From Vitrella brassicaformis CCMP3155 (taxonomy: Eukaryota > Protista > Chromerida), in NCBI GenBank assembly GCA_001179505.1, contig CDMY01000571.1, positions 124,001 through 188,000 of the forward strand: 64,000 nucleotides of DNA, written 5' to 3'. How positions within the stretch are numbered: position 1 is the stretch's first letter; each line of letters starts with the position of its first letter. Both the position numbers and the translations under genes were made by a program. The notes beneath the pieces were generated by a model. That model did no database searches. It worked only from the letters and a program-made list of their open reading frames with translations, and was not told where the DNA came from. Shown piece after piece: positions 13,101-27,047 of the stretch.

Positions 13101-16100
13101 ATGGGGCGTTGGGGGTGCCGTGGTGGCGTTCGGATCGGGGGCAGGGGTGCTGACTGGACTCACACCACTCCCCTGGCACAAACACATACACGTGACTAAG
13201 ATGGCAGCCTGCCTTTGTGCCTGTGTTGGGTCTGTCTTACGGAGCTGGGCCCTCCTCCGGTGACGACGAGCACGGCCTGCATCAGTGAGAGGGCCGCTGT
13301 CTCAGGGTCACGGTTGCCCGCCTCGGCCAACAACTCGTTGAACAAAATTCTCTTCTCCTCATTCTAAATCCGATAGGGCAGCCAGCTCAACACACACACA
13401 CTCGATCCACATCAGTGTGAAGCTCACCGTCGGTGGTGGGTATATCTTGTGAGTTGTCTCGGCATAGGTCATGACGCCGTAGAATGTGTACACCTGGGGA
13501 AGAAGATCGACATGTGCAGCAGGCAGTTCGGGCAGATTGAGACGGCTACCTTCTGTCGGATGCTGTATACTGACCTCGACGAAGATTCGCACCAAGTAGT
13601 CATCGTCTGCGTTGCCGGCAGGAAGGGCATCGGTCCGCTGAGTAGGGGACGCTATAGGATTGGACCTGACATATGAAGACAGAGAGAGCTGATCACGCCA
13701 TGCCACTTTCCTGATTGTGGTGGCGGCTGTTTCTCACCTGAGGTTGACCTTCTGCCCTCCTCGGATGAAGCCAAACTGGTAGGTGAGTGGGGTGTCGGAT
13801 GAGCTGAAGTCGGTGGCAACGATGGTCTTGCTGTCGTATATGGAGGAGTCCGCCGCCTGCAGAGAGAGAGAGAGAGACACACACACATGCACACGTGTGT
13901 CCGCTGTCACTCTTAAGCGTCTTGCCGTTGCTGACCTCTTGCTCGTCGACGAACAGGGCGAGAGAGCCCATTGTCTGATTGATGCGTGTGAACGATGGAA
14001 CAGGTGCGAGAGACCCTTGGTATCTTCCCCTCTTCTTACCGGCGGCGGCCCTGCGGTTTGAACGGACACCTGAGCGCATCCGGTGAGGGGCGCTCTGTCG
14101 GGAAAATAAGGATTGGACACCGTCACACACAACCTGCAACCACAACGAGAGGGAGCATTTTGCCGGCCTCTGACTAATCCCTGGGTGCCTCAACCCACAC
14201 GTACCTGAAGGAATATCGAGCGTCGGGTCCGAGCACGTCCGGCACCAGACTCAAGCTGCGAGAATTGCTGCAGAGACAAAGATGCACACGCGACACATGT
14301 GTATGGGTCTGTGCGTGCGTGCACTGCGTGCGTACGTCGGGTCTGACGCGAAGGCGTCAGGGCTTCTCGCCGGTGTGAGCTCGTCCGACATCAGGAACAT
14401 GCTGCGAGGCACCAAGTACTCCTTGCCCTGGGCAACACGGCAACATCATACGCCGACAGCAGCCAGCGAGCGGGCATGCAAACAAAGCTCACCGCTTTCT
14501 CTGCAGCGGCTTTGTCTGCGAGGTTCCACTTTGGGTTTGGCACCTCCTGGAATATCGTCCAGTTGTAGACAACCTGACACACACAAGCCAAGACCACCCT
14601 CAATGGCTGTACCTTTGGTGCGGGCGATGGATCTCACCTCGGGCTTCGATTTGTCGATCTCGTCTCCCGCCTGGAGCCGCCGGATGGAGGAGTCGGGCTC
14701 TGACGTCAGGTTGAAGCGGGCCTTGTCTTGGTCGGCGATCTGGCCTGAACGACATGGATGAACACGTGTCCACGTGGCGAGCGAGGCTGCCGTGTGTGTT
14801 GTTGATGCCTGATATCCTGAACGCTTGTGTGGCCACGACGGTCGAGTCGGTGAGGGGGTCGATTACCACCTGCACACACACAGGAGAAGAAAAGGTTGTT
14901 TCCTTTGCTGCATTGCTGGAGTGTCTCTCACCTGTGGTGGCGAGACAGCTGCCTCCAGGATCGTGATGACGGCCTGACGGCACGAGACACATGACACACG
15001 CGTGCTTCGTTCGTCATTTGTGTCGGAACCCATGCCTCACAGTTGCGGTGGCGTTCCTGCCGTCGGCCTCTGTCGTGACGCTGAAGATGTACTCACTGCC
15101 GCCGAACAGGGCATCTTCGCGACGGGTGTTGAATATCACCACACCTAAAGACAGACGCACACACAGCCGCAGTGAGACACAGAGAAACGCTCTTGTCTCT
15201 TTCGCACCGGGCACGTAGTATTTGCAGATGTACGTGCCGGGTACGCCCGCCGCGTTGGGGAAGAGTGGGACAAAGTATGTCTTGCCGACGTCTTGGAAGG
15301 TCTCCTCCATGTCCAGGTCGCAGTTGGCCGGCTGCGGCAGCTGTGCGGTGGTGTACGGCAACACCTCCTCGAAACACGGCCTGCATCGGTCAACCAACAT
15401 ATCTCGGTCAGCTCTGTCTGTATCTGCCTGAAGTGTTCTTCGTTGCACCGACCGTCCATCCGGCGTGATGCAGGTGAAGTTGAAGAACCAATTCTGCGAC
15501 ACAACAGGAAACACACCCCAGCGAATGAGACACAACATAGAGGGGCGCATGCGTGTGCGTGTGTCTGACGGGCGACTCCTCGATGGGTTTGTCAGGGAAG
15601 TCAGGGTCCACCGAGTCCGTGGCGTCGATGGCAAAGTAGTGCAGCTCAGACACCGAACGAGATCCGCCGCGAATGCTCGCTCTGAAATTCAGCACAAGGG
15701 ATGCAGCATGGCCGGCCACACGTGTGTGTATGTCTGTGTCTGTGTTTGATGCCTGATGGGGCTTTTCTCCACGTTGACCTCCACCGAGTCGAATGTCAGC
15801 GAATCAGGGTCGTCAAACGACTCCTCGTAACCGACCTGACTCCCAACACACAAGACACACGCATTGCGTCAGGCACAAAGATGGGTGCGTGCTCCTCGGC
15901 TGACCTGACAGGAGAAGATATACTTAGTGCCTGGTATGAGTGTGCCTGCGGGGATGACCAGCGACGCTGACCCCGTTCGCAGATTCAAGTCCTCCAGGTT
16001 GAGAGGCACAAACTCCACTGACCCTGCACAAACACAGAGCAACCACAAGCGCGCCAGCCTCCAGCCTCCTGAGGTTCGTGTGGTATATGCCGGTGGCGAG

Positions 16101-19100
16101 GACGGTCTGCTGCTGCTTCCCCCGCCATTCAAACTTGAGCTTCTGGCTCGCTATCTGCCACACCAAAACCAAATGGTGACCTGATCTGCACGCTGTGTGT
16201 GTGGGCGTCTCATCCTTGGCTGTACCTGTGTTGAGTCGAGCCCTTCACATCTGGATTTCTCGGCCTGGACACTGAGTGTGAGGACCTTCCTGCGGAAGGT
16301 CGGCACGCTCTGGGGGCCCTGAATGAAGGCCTGCGGGGCGGGGATCTGACGCTTGTAGAACTCTGCGAACGGCAAGGAAGGAAAGGACGATCGATGAGTG
16401 CATGGATTGCACTGCCCGCGTGTCTTGTCTTGTCTTGTCTTCTCTTGTGCTGTGTGTGTGACCGAGTGTGGTTGAGGTGGTTCGCGGGGGATCGCCCCAC
16501 TTGGAGGTCATTGTCACCTCAATCATGTAATCGCACCCTCCATTAACAAACACATCAACAAGACACACGCAGGCTTTCACGCTTCACAGAGCGGTGGGGG
16601 CACATCTGCGCTGTACCGACCTCTCCTGAGGTCGTTTGCGCCGATGTAGACCTTTTCAGAGCCGTACAGTGACCCGCTGCCCGCCGAGGAGCCCGCAAGC
16701 AGACCCTTGATGATCTGAACAGACGCCCACATACGCAGAGAGAGAGAGCGGGACTCCCACAGGCGTACGTGCCTGCGTCTGTGTGCGTCGGTCTCACCGT
16801 GACGAATCCCGGTCCGTCTTCGTATTCGGTGATGTCTCTGTAGAGCACGTTGCCGTTGTCGAAGTAGCGGCACTGGGCCCTGATGAATTTCCACTGCCAC
16901 GACGGACGGCTGCCGTGGTTGTAGGACGACGACGCGTCGATCGTCATCTGCACACATGGCGAACGAAGGTGGCTTACATATCCCTCCCTCGGCGTGTGTG
17001 CGTACGGGGCTGCAGAGGTCGATGTTTCTCGGGATGGACACGACCACCACTGGGTCTTCAATCGGATCAGGCTGCTCAAGCTGCACAAGGCAAGGAGGGA
17101 GACAGACGCAATGGTGGATGGTAGCAATGATGCATGCGCCCTCCCTTGTGTGTGTGCTTGAAGCCCACCCAGCTCACCTTGACACCTCCTGACGCCGCGT
17201 TTGACCACTCGCCGTCGACGTGTGCATACACCGTCCTCTCGCGCACGATTATGTCGTCACCAGGGTTCGGTGTCAGATACCTACAAAGGACATCTATACT
17301 TACTCGCGGCTGCGCCTCATCCACGAGTGGGCTCACCTGGCGGGCAGTTGTACTTGCACGCTGGCTGCCGTGGTCCACTGACAGGAGGTGCCGTTGCCAA
17401 GTGTCCCCAGAAGCGACGCCGTGTGAGGCGCGAAGACCTTGCTGCAGTCTAACAGACCTGAGAAAGCAGCCAGGCGGCACAATGGGCGGTGCTGCTTTCA
17501 TTCTTTCGTTGACCCACCTCTGTGTTGAGTGGACCAGTCGACGCCATCGGGGATGAAATCTCCGTCCTCGTCCATGGGCACAGCCCCCTGGATGGTGAAG
17601 GAATCGAACGTCACGTAGATCTTCCTGAAGCCCCAGACACACATTGGATTGCCCGAGTGTTGGCTCGTCTTCCCGCTCATGTTCACCTGCCGTCCATATC
17701 GAAGATGGCCTTCTCGAGCTGGGGCGTGGGGAGGGTCAGGGGGATGATGGGGTCGCTGTTGGTGAGCAGTGTGGTAATCTGGTGAGAGAAGAAGCGCGTG
17801 CACAGCAGATGGATCGCTGCTGCTGCTGCATGAGACATGACACGTGTGTCCACCAGTTACCACATGCGACCCTCGGGAAAGCTCCTCTGCCACCTGCACT
17901 CACGCAGGCACAGCACAGACAGGCAGCCATATGTATGTCTTTCTTATCTCGTGCTGCAGTGCAGCCAGCCACGGAGTCACCTCAAGGTTGTAGTATTCGC
18001 GTGTGAATCCGTCCCTTGTGTTGACCTCCACGATCTCCCACGGCTCAGAGTAGTCGGGGGAGTCCTTGGTCACGAAGAACGACACGTTCGTCAGGTGATC
18101 CGTGCATGTCGCACCGTAGAGAAAATGCCTGGAGGGGGTGGGGTGGGCGATGGATGAGAGAAGCAGGCGGCTTCCACTGCTTGCGATGGTTGGCTTGCTG
18201 GCGTACTTCTTTGCGTATTGCGTTCTTGTGGTGGGGTTGACAACCACCGTGCCGCCGTCGACATAGGTGTCCCGGAACTCAGTCAGCTGACAGAGAAAAG
18301 AAAGAAAGGACAATATGATGATGGATGGATGGCATCTCCTGTTTACTTGGGTATCGTTGTCTCTGTACGCTTGGCCTAGCTTGACGTAGTGGTAGTTACA
18401 CGACCGATAGTCCTGCCATTCCCCCGCAGTCGACAGACACACATGGTGAGTGAGACACACGTCTCGCTCCACGTGTGGGTGTTCTGTGTGGCACCTGGAA
18501 GGTTGGGTCGCATGAGAGGACGGCGGCGTAGAGGTCGTGGTACTTGGAGTTGCTCTCCAGAAGCGCCAGCGGCTCCTGAACCGGACGACTGCACACACAG
18601 AGAGAAGACAATCATACATACCCTTTTTTAGCTGCAGAGTCGAGGTGGTGTTGACTTGAGGAGAAGCCGTGGAGTGTCGATTGCCGGCTGGCCCGTGATG
18701 ACGGTATCCAGAGTCACATTGAAGTCAAACGCATACACGTTGTGACTCCACGAAGTGAAGTCGTACCCTCCTACCAACCTGCAGTGACACAGCCGACCAG
18801 CAGCCCAACACCGGCAGGCTTTTCGTTCCTTCATTGTCGCATTATGCTCACATAGGCGCTGCCACTAGCTGGGAGGCTGACAGTGCGAAAGGGGAGGTGC
18901 CTGATGAAGCCGTCACGGCCGGTAGTGCGAGGTAGTAAATGTCGAAGAGCGAATCGACGGCGGCGAGCGCTGCGTTTATCCGTCCAGCCACCACAGGACA
19001 ACAGGCAGGCTCCGTATGCACAGCGGGCTTTGGTCCGTGCCGCCGACCTGTGTTAGAGTAGATATCTCGCGTCTGGCTCTTGATCTCATTCGGCAGCTCC

Positions 19101-20581
19101 AGGGTGGTCGTGAATACCTGACACACAGAGGGAGAGGAGAACAGACCAAGAAGGCTCGGGCTGCACGTCATGCCGCTCGGCTGTCCGTCCACCTGAATGT
19201 TTTTAGTGTCTCTCGAGTCGAATCTGAACATTTTGATGTTCATGCTGAAGTTCTCGAGCCGCTGCTTCTTGGTCCAGAAGGGCACCTCAAACCCCAGCAG
19301 ACGGCTGTCGTCAATGTCGTACTTGAGACCCTGGACAGAGAGAGAGAAGCGGCATGTGGTGACATGGACAGATGGACACACTGAGGGAGAGTCCACCCAC
19401 CATGAGGAGGAACTCCTTCAAACGGACTTGATACGGGAACCTTCAGACATCAATACACAAAATCAACAATAACGTTGCGCCATGTCGTCTCCCTGTCTCT
19501 TGTGTGGTCGGTCAGCCAGACATATAGGTATCCGCTGCACCGGTCTTTTCTCACATGGGTCTTCCGTCGCTGAGTGAAACGGTATGGACGTAGAAGCGCA
19601 TGTCGCTGCTGATGACGTTGCCGAGGTTGTCGTACGTCAGCTCCTCCATCCCAACAGTGCGATACAGATTGAACCGCTGCAGACAGACGCAATACAACCC
19701 ACCCACCCACACACGAACAAGCATTCTATCTATCGGTGTGTCTGGTCTGGCTAGGCATATATCTCATCTTTCCTACCCATGGGTCGTATGCGTCTCCGGC
19801 CGTGGCGTGGACGAAGTCATACATCTGGTAGAGCGAGTACATGTCCGGCTGCAGCACCCCGCCGCAGAAAAGCTTGGTGCCCTCGAAGTAGCTCGACGGA
19901 CACTCCATCTCACACAAATCCTCGTCGATGATCTGAAGCTGCACAACACAACACATCCCCACAAATCCACGCACGCATCGCATACCAGCCTACTCCTCCG
20001 GGCATCAAGTGTCTCACGTTTCTCCTGGAGGTGAGGCACCAGCAGCTGCTGCCCCTGACCACAGCCATCGAGAAGTCACGAATCTCACAGGCCTCCACAC
20101 ACGCAACCGGGCCGTCCGTATCGCCCAGCAAGAGCGAGTTGGTCGAGTCCACATCGCCTTGATAGCAGCCCAGGAACGTCCAGGGACCTGACAGACACCA
20201 CACACATGCACAGGCACCCGATGGGAGGGCCTCGAGGACCAGCCCGTCCCTCGCCCCACTGAGTCGCGAGCGTGCTGTGTTCTTTGGGTCAGGGTTGAGC
20301 TGCTTTGCATATGTGTTGGACGGCAGGTAGAGGGGCGTGATGGAGCCCCCAGCCGCCTCCACATCCGCCCAAAACTGAACAGACTTGAGACTCAGACCTG
20401 AAGGGACACACCAACACACACACAAGAGCAGACAATGGACGACAGCGGCAAGAGCGATTGACAGATCTCTCTGCGCATGCTTTGCGCCGCTCTGCGGGCG
20501 ACGGCTGGCGGCCGTCTTACCACTGCAGAAACGCAGGGCCGCTGAGAAGACGAGGACAAGGGCGAGGGTTCTGGCCATCAT
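7178..20581 (-). CDS. Polycystin-1/REJ-like large multi-exon membrane protein: signal peptide, WSC, REJ-like ectodomain, GPS-like motif, about 5 TM segments, Pro-rich loop and tail
   Basis: Signal MMARTLALVLVFSAALRFCS. WSC-like FLGCYQGD...CVEAC...GSSCWC...CEMECPSS...CGG. REJ-like TIDASSSY, SASLVIPAGTLIPGTKYIFSCQVS, LPAGNADDDYLVRIFVEV. TM segments at ~10500, ~9800, ~8270 and ~8100. Continuity across every exon was not fully verified. Confidence 0.72.
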
Positions 20582-20687
20582 GCATCCTCAAACACCGTGC
20601 ACCATGACCAGCGCAGCTCCAGCCTCACTGCCACGCCAGCCTGACGCCATCTGCAGCCGAAAGAATAGGCGCGACCTCACCGAGTGC

Positions 20688-20709
20688 AGGGTTTGGGTTA
20701 CAGGGTTTG
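20688..20709 (+). promoter_or_regulatory. Degenerate telomere-like (telo-box) cluster between divergent genes
   Basis: agggtttgggttacagggttt lies between the starts at 20581(-) and ~20797(+). A regulatory role is inferred only. Confidence 0.4.
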
Positions 20710-20796
20710 CAACGCCAAAGTCATCCGGAAAAGTAGAGATGGGAGTGTGTTGATGGGAGTGTGTTGATGCGAGAGTGTGTGGTGGTGTTTTGACGA

Positions 20797-22863
20797 TGAC
20801 CGACGGGGGGGTCAGTTTGCGGACGTTGCTGGATCAGCAAGAGGCGCTGTTGGGTGGTCGGTCGGTCAGGCAGCTCGACGAGCGCGAGTACGCCGCCTAC
20901 ATGGAGAAGGAGAAGCAGATCACCATCGCCCTGCAGAACAGCACCAGCGTCGAGGTCGATGACGAGATTCTCCAGGCGGTGCGGACCGTCCACGAGCGAA
21001 CCAGCAACCAGCTGGCAGCTCCAGGCGCCTCGTCGTCAGGCGGGTCATCCTCATCCTCGTCGGCATCTTCATCGCGTTCGAGTCGCAGCAGCAGCAGTAG
21101 CCGGGGTCGGCACCGGTCAGATCTGGTGGAGCTGTCGGTGCGGGGCACCCGCTTCACGGTTCCGCTGACCACCATCGCCGTCGTGCCCGACTCCCTGCTG
21201 GCCACAAGCATCCACGGCGGCTCACGGGAGCTCGACATCTCACCCCGATACTTCTCCAAGATCCTCGATGCGCTCAGGCGCGGCCGCAGCAACCGGACGT
21301 CGTCGATCGACTCGCTGCCCGAGGCGGACCGTCCGGCGTTCGTGTCGCTGGTGCGGCAGCTGGGGGTGGAGAAGCTCTTCATGCGCCTCGAGACCATCCC
21401 AGAGGAGGCCACCGACGCCGAGGCCGCACAGGAGGTGCAGACCGAGGAGACCACAGCTGTGGCTGAGGGCCAGCAGGCCGCCACCGCCGACGAGTCCGGT
21501 ACGCAGACTCACCCACGGAGCGAAGGGATGGGATACATGCCTGTCTGTATGCCTGCATGCGTGTGTGCGTGTGTGTGTGTCTGTGTGCGATGTGTTTGAC
21601 AGATTCGCCCCCGGACTCCCCGCACCCGAATCGCATCGACATCATCCTGCGTGGTCAGCGCGTGTCGCCCGTGGACGCCATCACGTTTGAGGAGTCGATC
21701 AGCTACAGCGTGCACCCGGACGGGGTGCTGCTGTCGTGCCTCGTCGAGGCCGTCGTCGAGACCATCAAGGGGGCCGTCTTCTACAGGCTGCTCTACCAGA
21801 TCACCGACAAGGAGGCCGACTACCTCAGGCAGCTCCTCCATAGCAGGCCGCCACCCAAACCCACACGATACACTGACGACACCGCCGCCGCAGACGAGGT
21901 CGAGGACGCACGCGCAAAGGCGCCGACGGAGCCCCCCAGCCCGCCGAACGCGACCTCGTCCAACAACGGCACGTCGACCAACGCTGCCACATCCAGCAAC
22001 GGCAGTGGGAGCGGCAGCAGCGGTGCCGCGGCCACCACCACCACTGCAGAGGCGTCACCATCCCAGCCATCACAGCCATCCCCGGCTGACACGCCCGCAC
22101 CCACACAGACCCAGCCGTCCTCTGAGTCGGCGCCCCCTCCCCCTTCCCCTCCCTCCGACCCCCCACCCACACCCACACCCACACCCACACCCGCACCGGC
22201 CCCGGCAGACTCGCCCGCCGCACAAGCACCAGGAGAGGCGGAGAGTGCGGCCAAAGAAGGCGAGCAACAGAGGGAGGGCAGCGAGGCAGTGGCGGCCAGC
22301 AGCAGCAGTAGCGGCAATGGCAATGGCAATGGCGGGGATCAGGCAGCAGCAGCAGCAGCTGCTGCGGAGGGCGAGGGCCCATCGAGCCCGCCGACGCCCG
22401 CGCCGTCGTCGATAGCTGAGCCGGTGCAGATGACGCGTGCCGAGAAGATCGACAGGAAGGTCGAGCTGGCGTTGAAGGGCAGGGTGCAGGCCTGCCGCAT
22501 CAAGGACCACCACACCTTCCCCGTCGACCACTGGAAGGACATTCACATCCACGTAAGTCACTCGGGGGGTCGGGGGGTCGGTGGGGCTTGGGGGGTGGGT
22601 GGGCTGGGCACCATCACACGCACGACAGACCACCCACATAGATATGATGGGGCTTTGTCTTCTGTCGTCTGGTGTGGTGTGTGTGTGGTTGTGTCTGTCA
22701 GACGATCTCGATGGACGGCGACGTGTGCGCGTACAGTCTGGCGGACCTGATGGTGGATGGGGACACAATTTTGCGGGGGGACGAGCCGTGCGGCGGGCTG
22801 CCCAGGCAGATAGTCGTAGAACTCACTGTCAACGTCGAGATCGACGTCAACGGCAGAGTCTAG
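20797..22863 (+). CDS. BTB/POZ (KCTD/T1-like) domain protein, multi-exon, with S- and P/A-rich linkers; start approximate
   Basis: LVELSVRGTRFTVPLTTIAVVPDSLLATSIHGGSRELDISPRYFSKILDALR fits the T1-type BTB pattern (V.L.V.G..F......L...P.S.L ... D..P..F..IL..LR). Confidence 0.75.
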
Positions 22864-25800
22864 CAGCCCACACCACACACACATACAGGCATACAGACAG
22901 ACACCTAGACAGAGAGGGAGAGAGATAAGGTGGGGCTGGCAGGTGGGAGGGGAGGGGGGTGGAATAGAGAGAGAGAGAGAGAGAGAGAAATGGGGGTCTT
23001 GGTGCATTGAGATGAGGTGTGATTGATGTGTTTTGATGGATGCTTCATACGTACGCGCGGCTGTGACAAACGGACGGGTCGGATGCGGCGCGTATTTTGC
23101 GCACTTAGCTTATTGGCGCCCTGGTCGGCCATTGCACCCCCTCCCCCCTCCCTCCCTCCCTCCCTGTCTCCCTCCCTGTCTCCCTTCCTCTCTCTTGCTT
23201 GCATAGCTGAGTAGACAAGAGAAGCGCCCACCCGGAGGATAGATACGATGGCAGATGGGTGCGTGGGCGGCCGGCCCAAACAGACACGGCCTCCATCCAT
23301 CCATCAGCCCGACTCGTTTTTCGTCCTGTCTATCTGTCTGTCTGTCTGTCTGGCTTTCTGTACATATCCTCTCCCTCCCTCTCCTGTCTTCCTATAGTCT
23401 GCCTCTCTCTCCCTCCCTCCCTCTCTCTCTCTCTCTCTCTGTGGGTCCCGGCTGTAGGCTGATTCGTGAGTGTGTGTTGGTGTGGAGGTGGGTGGGTGGG
23501 TGGGTGGGAGAGAGAGGGGAGGGCTGAAGGGGAGAAGTGTCGTTGTCGTGATGTGGTATCTCTTTATCTACTTGCTGCTATGTCCGTGTGTGTGTACCTT
23601 CCTGCCTGAGTGAGAGAGTGAGTGTGTGTGCACGAGATCATGGCTGCAATGGAACGGAACGGAATGCCAGCTGGCGAGGGAGGTGGTCGTCGCCGCCCAG
23701 ACAGACGCTCAGACGTTAAGACAGACAGAGAGAGAGGAACGGCAGCGTTTTAATGTCGTTGTTGCGCTAGCGAGCGGGCGAGCGAGCGGCAGCGAACGGC
23801 TCCCTCTTGTATCTCCTCTCTTCGTCTCGAGACGTCTCATGCTCTCTCTAATCTCATCTCATCTCATAGCAGGCCATGGATGCAGTGCACACCTAATTAG
23901 CCAGCGAATGACGGGTGGGCGGGGCGGGTGGGGCTGTGAGTGGCCATTTTGTTGTTTTCGTTGTTCTAATTTACTTTTCCTTTTGGTCGAACCGCTGCTG
24001 CCATTCAGTGAGTGCGTGTGAGTGAGCGACGGGGGGAGGGAGAGGGGGAGGGGGCAGAGAGAGAGAGAGATGGGGGGCGGGGGCTGAGGGCTGAGAGTTG
24101 GGAGCATTGAGATCGCCTGTGCGGAAGTATTTTCCTGGCTATTGTCTGGCGGCTAGTGTATACAGCAATAGAACAGGCGTGCAGCGATCGATCTCACACA
24201 CGGAATGGTTGCCGGAGGGATGGGAGGTGATGTGATGTGATGTGTCTTGTGGTGCTGTGTTGTGTTGTGAGACCTCTCCATGTCTATTTGGCGCTTCGTC
24301 GGGGCGTGGGACGGTCGGAGGAGGGGGGGACACATAGGTCATTTCACGACGCATGGACACACGCCCCCCACACACAGAGGGAGACGTGGGCCCCGTGTTG
24401 CCCGCTGCGTGCCCCTCTCTCTCTCTGACTCTGACTGCTGCTCTCGCCTTGTTCCTTGTTCTCCTTCTAAAGACAGAGAGGGTGAGTGAGAGCAGCTTTG
24501 GATGCCATCTTCTATGCAGGTCGGTCCGTGTGCGATGTGGTGTGGTGTGGTGTGGTGGTGTGTTGGTATGTTTTGGTATGTTCTATAGCTTAGCGACGTC
24601 TGTATAGGGCGGGAGAAGGGAAGGAAGAGGAGAAACGCAGAGAGAGAGAGGAGTAGCAGGCTCTCTCACGCTCACATGGATGCATTGACGGGATGGGTCT
24701 ATGGAGTGCACAACACACACACAAACGAACGAACGAATGCACAACTGAGGGAGCCAGTAGGGAAGGGGACGAACCAGCGGGTGGGAGAATGAGTGACTAG
24801 GGGATACTGAAGAGAGAGAGATATACCCTCTGCTAATTCGCTGTGCTCAACGGACAGCTGGATGGATGGATGGATGGCGAGAGTGTCCCTGCCTGCCTGC
24901 CTGTTTGCCTGTCTGCCTGAGTATCTATCAGTCAGTCATATGTACCTACCACACACGAGCGATCGGTTGTTGTTAAGAGGACTGGGTGGGGGTGGGTGCC
25001 TGGGGAGAGTGCTGGGGTGCGTGTGTGCGTGAGGGGGAGGGAGGGAGGGAGGGAGTGACCGGGGAGTGCCGTGCCTTTTTAGCTCACTTGGACTTGACTT
25101 TGTGGATTTGTGACCTCACTCGCCCCGCTGACCGATAGAGCGACTGCTGCATGCATGGATGAACGAATGGTGTCTGTCTGTCTGTCTGTCTGGCCTGACC
25201 ACTTACCCATCGCCCGACTGCCTGCCTGCTTCCCTGCCTGCCTGCTTCCCTGCCTGCCTGCGTCACCTGACGCCCCGCTTCTCTTACCACTTGCCTTAAT
25301 TGCCGGCACTTCTGCCCCTCCCTCCTTCCCCTCCCACTCCCCCTCCCCCTCCTTCTCTGCCTCGCTGCCTAGCCGGTGTATTTTTTCACCTCTCGTCTGC
25401 ATGGCGTGGCGGGGCGTGGCGTGGCGTGGCGTGGCGTGGCGGGCGGCGTCTCGCTAGCTAGCTGGCCAGCCTTCCCGCCGGGCAGGCGGTGCTATGCGGC
25501 CACAATCACAATCGTACTTACGTAGACAGGGAGAGGGTGGGCGGGGGCGGGAGGGAGGGAGGGTGACCCACACGCACACACATACACATACACATACACA
25601 CATTCCTGAGCACACAGAAGCCGTGCGAGCCAGTGGTTTTAAGAGGGGCTGGCTAGGCTGAGTAGCTGAGGTCCTGCCGGCTGGCGGACCGACCAGCGAG
25701 CGCAGGTGGGGTGGGATGGGTGGATGCGACTCATTTTTGGCCTGACTGACTGACTGACTCACTGACTGACTACTCATACGATACGATGGATGACGACTGC

Positions 25801-27047
25801 CTAGCCTTCCTTCCTGCCTTAATACAAATGCATGCGGCACTGTGGGTGGGGTGGGGTGGGGGGAGGGTGTGTGGTGTGGGGCAGGAGAGAGAGAGGAAGT
25901 CGTTTGTTCTGACGTGCACGTGACGCCCGGCTCGATCGATTCCATTGCATTTTTGGCTCCGCAGGTTATCATATCAACCATATCGCCACACACATCCACA
26001 CACACACACACATGCATAGACACACGCACACACACGTAGAGAGAGGAAAGGGCACGGCGCAGACAGGGCAGGACAGATCGATGGTTGGCAGGCACGGGCG
26101 CACACCCTGACGACTGGACGGATGGATAGATGGATGGGCGCATGGGTTTCCGCGAGGGTGTGGGTTCTGTTTCTTTCTTCCTTTCTGTTTGTCAATGAGC
26201 GATGGATCGATTGGTGTGATCGAGAACAGACATCTACATGATGATATGGCTGACCGACCGACCGACTGCGTGTGGCTTGCGTGATTGGTAGTATGGGGCG
26301 TGCAGCAATGCTGCGTGCACTCGTCGCCTCCTCCTTATGCTATCCTGCGCTTCAACCTGAATGGCTGGCTGCTGGTTTCTTTTGCCTGAATGCATGAGTG
26401 AACGTGTCTGCATAGCATAGCACATATTATCCCACAGCCGAGCATTATTCTGTTTGTGAACGATGAGTGTGTGAGTGCATGATTGATGAGATAGATGTGC
26501 GTGTGTGGGTGTTTATGTGTTCTGTGTGCCTGGGTGCCTGCGGTGCGTGTCCGAGCAGAGAGCAATGCAATGGGGACGCCCAGCGACTGATCCGTACATA
26601 CCATGGACCGATCCCGCGAAAGAACCATCAACATCACATGATAGCATCATGGTGGGGGGCTCACTGCAACCACAGCACTCCTCTGTAATGAATCAAATCA
26701 TCCCTCCGCAATTCCTCCAGCAAATCTGCGATCTCGGCCTCTTGTGCAGCTCTGGGGTGTCTGTGCTGTCTGTTGTCAATGCTGCTGTGGCTGGTTGCTC
26801 TCCATCGAATCGCCTCTCTTGCAGATCTCGCCGATTCGTCCCATCCTGCTGACAAGAGGAGCACATTCTTGACTCCTCGGCTGCAGCCTGACCTCGTGAG
26901 GCGGCATCACACTCAACACGTGACGACTCGCTCGGCATGGGTAAGCAGGGTGGGAGTGAGTGGACAGCCTTCCCACACACAGATGAATGAATGAGTGCGT
27001 GAGTGTCTGTGTGCTGTGTCGGTTTGCCCAGGGGCGGCGCAGGCGGG

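Noticed and set aside
22905-23300. Minus-strand ORF containing MADQGANKLSAQ
   Set aside because: It has no downstream exons without overlapping the BTB gene's 3' end and is embedded in microsatellites.
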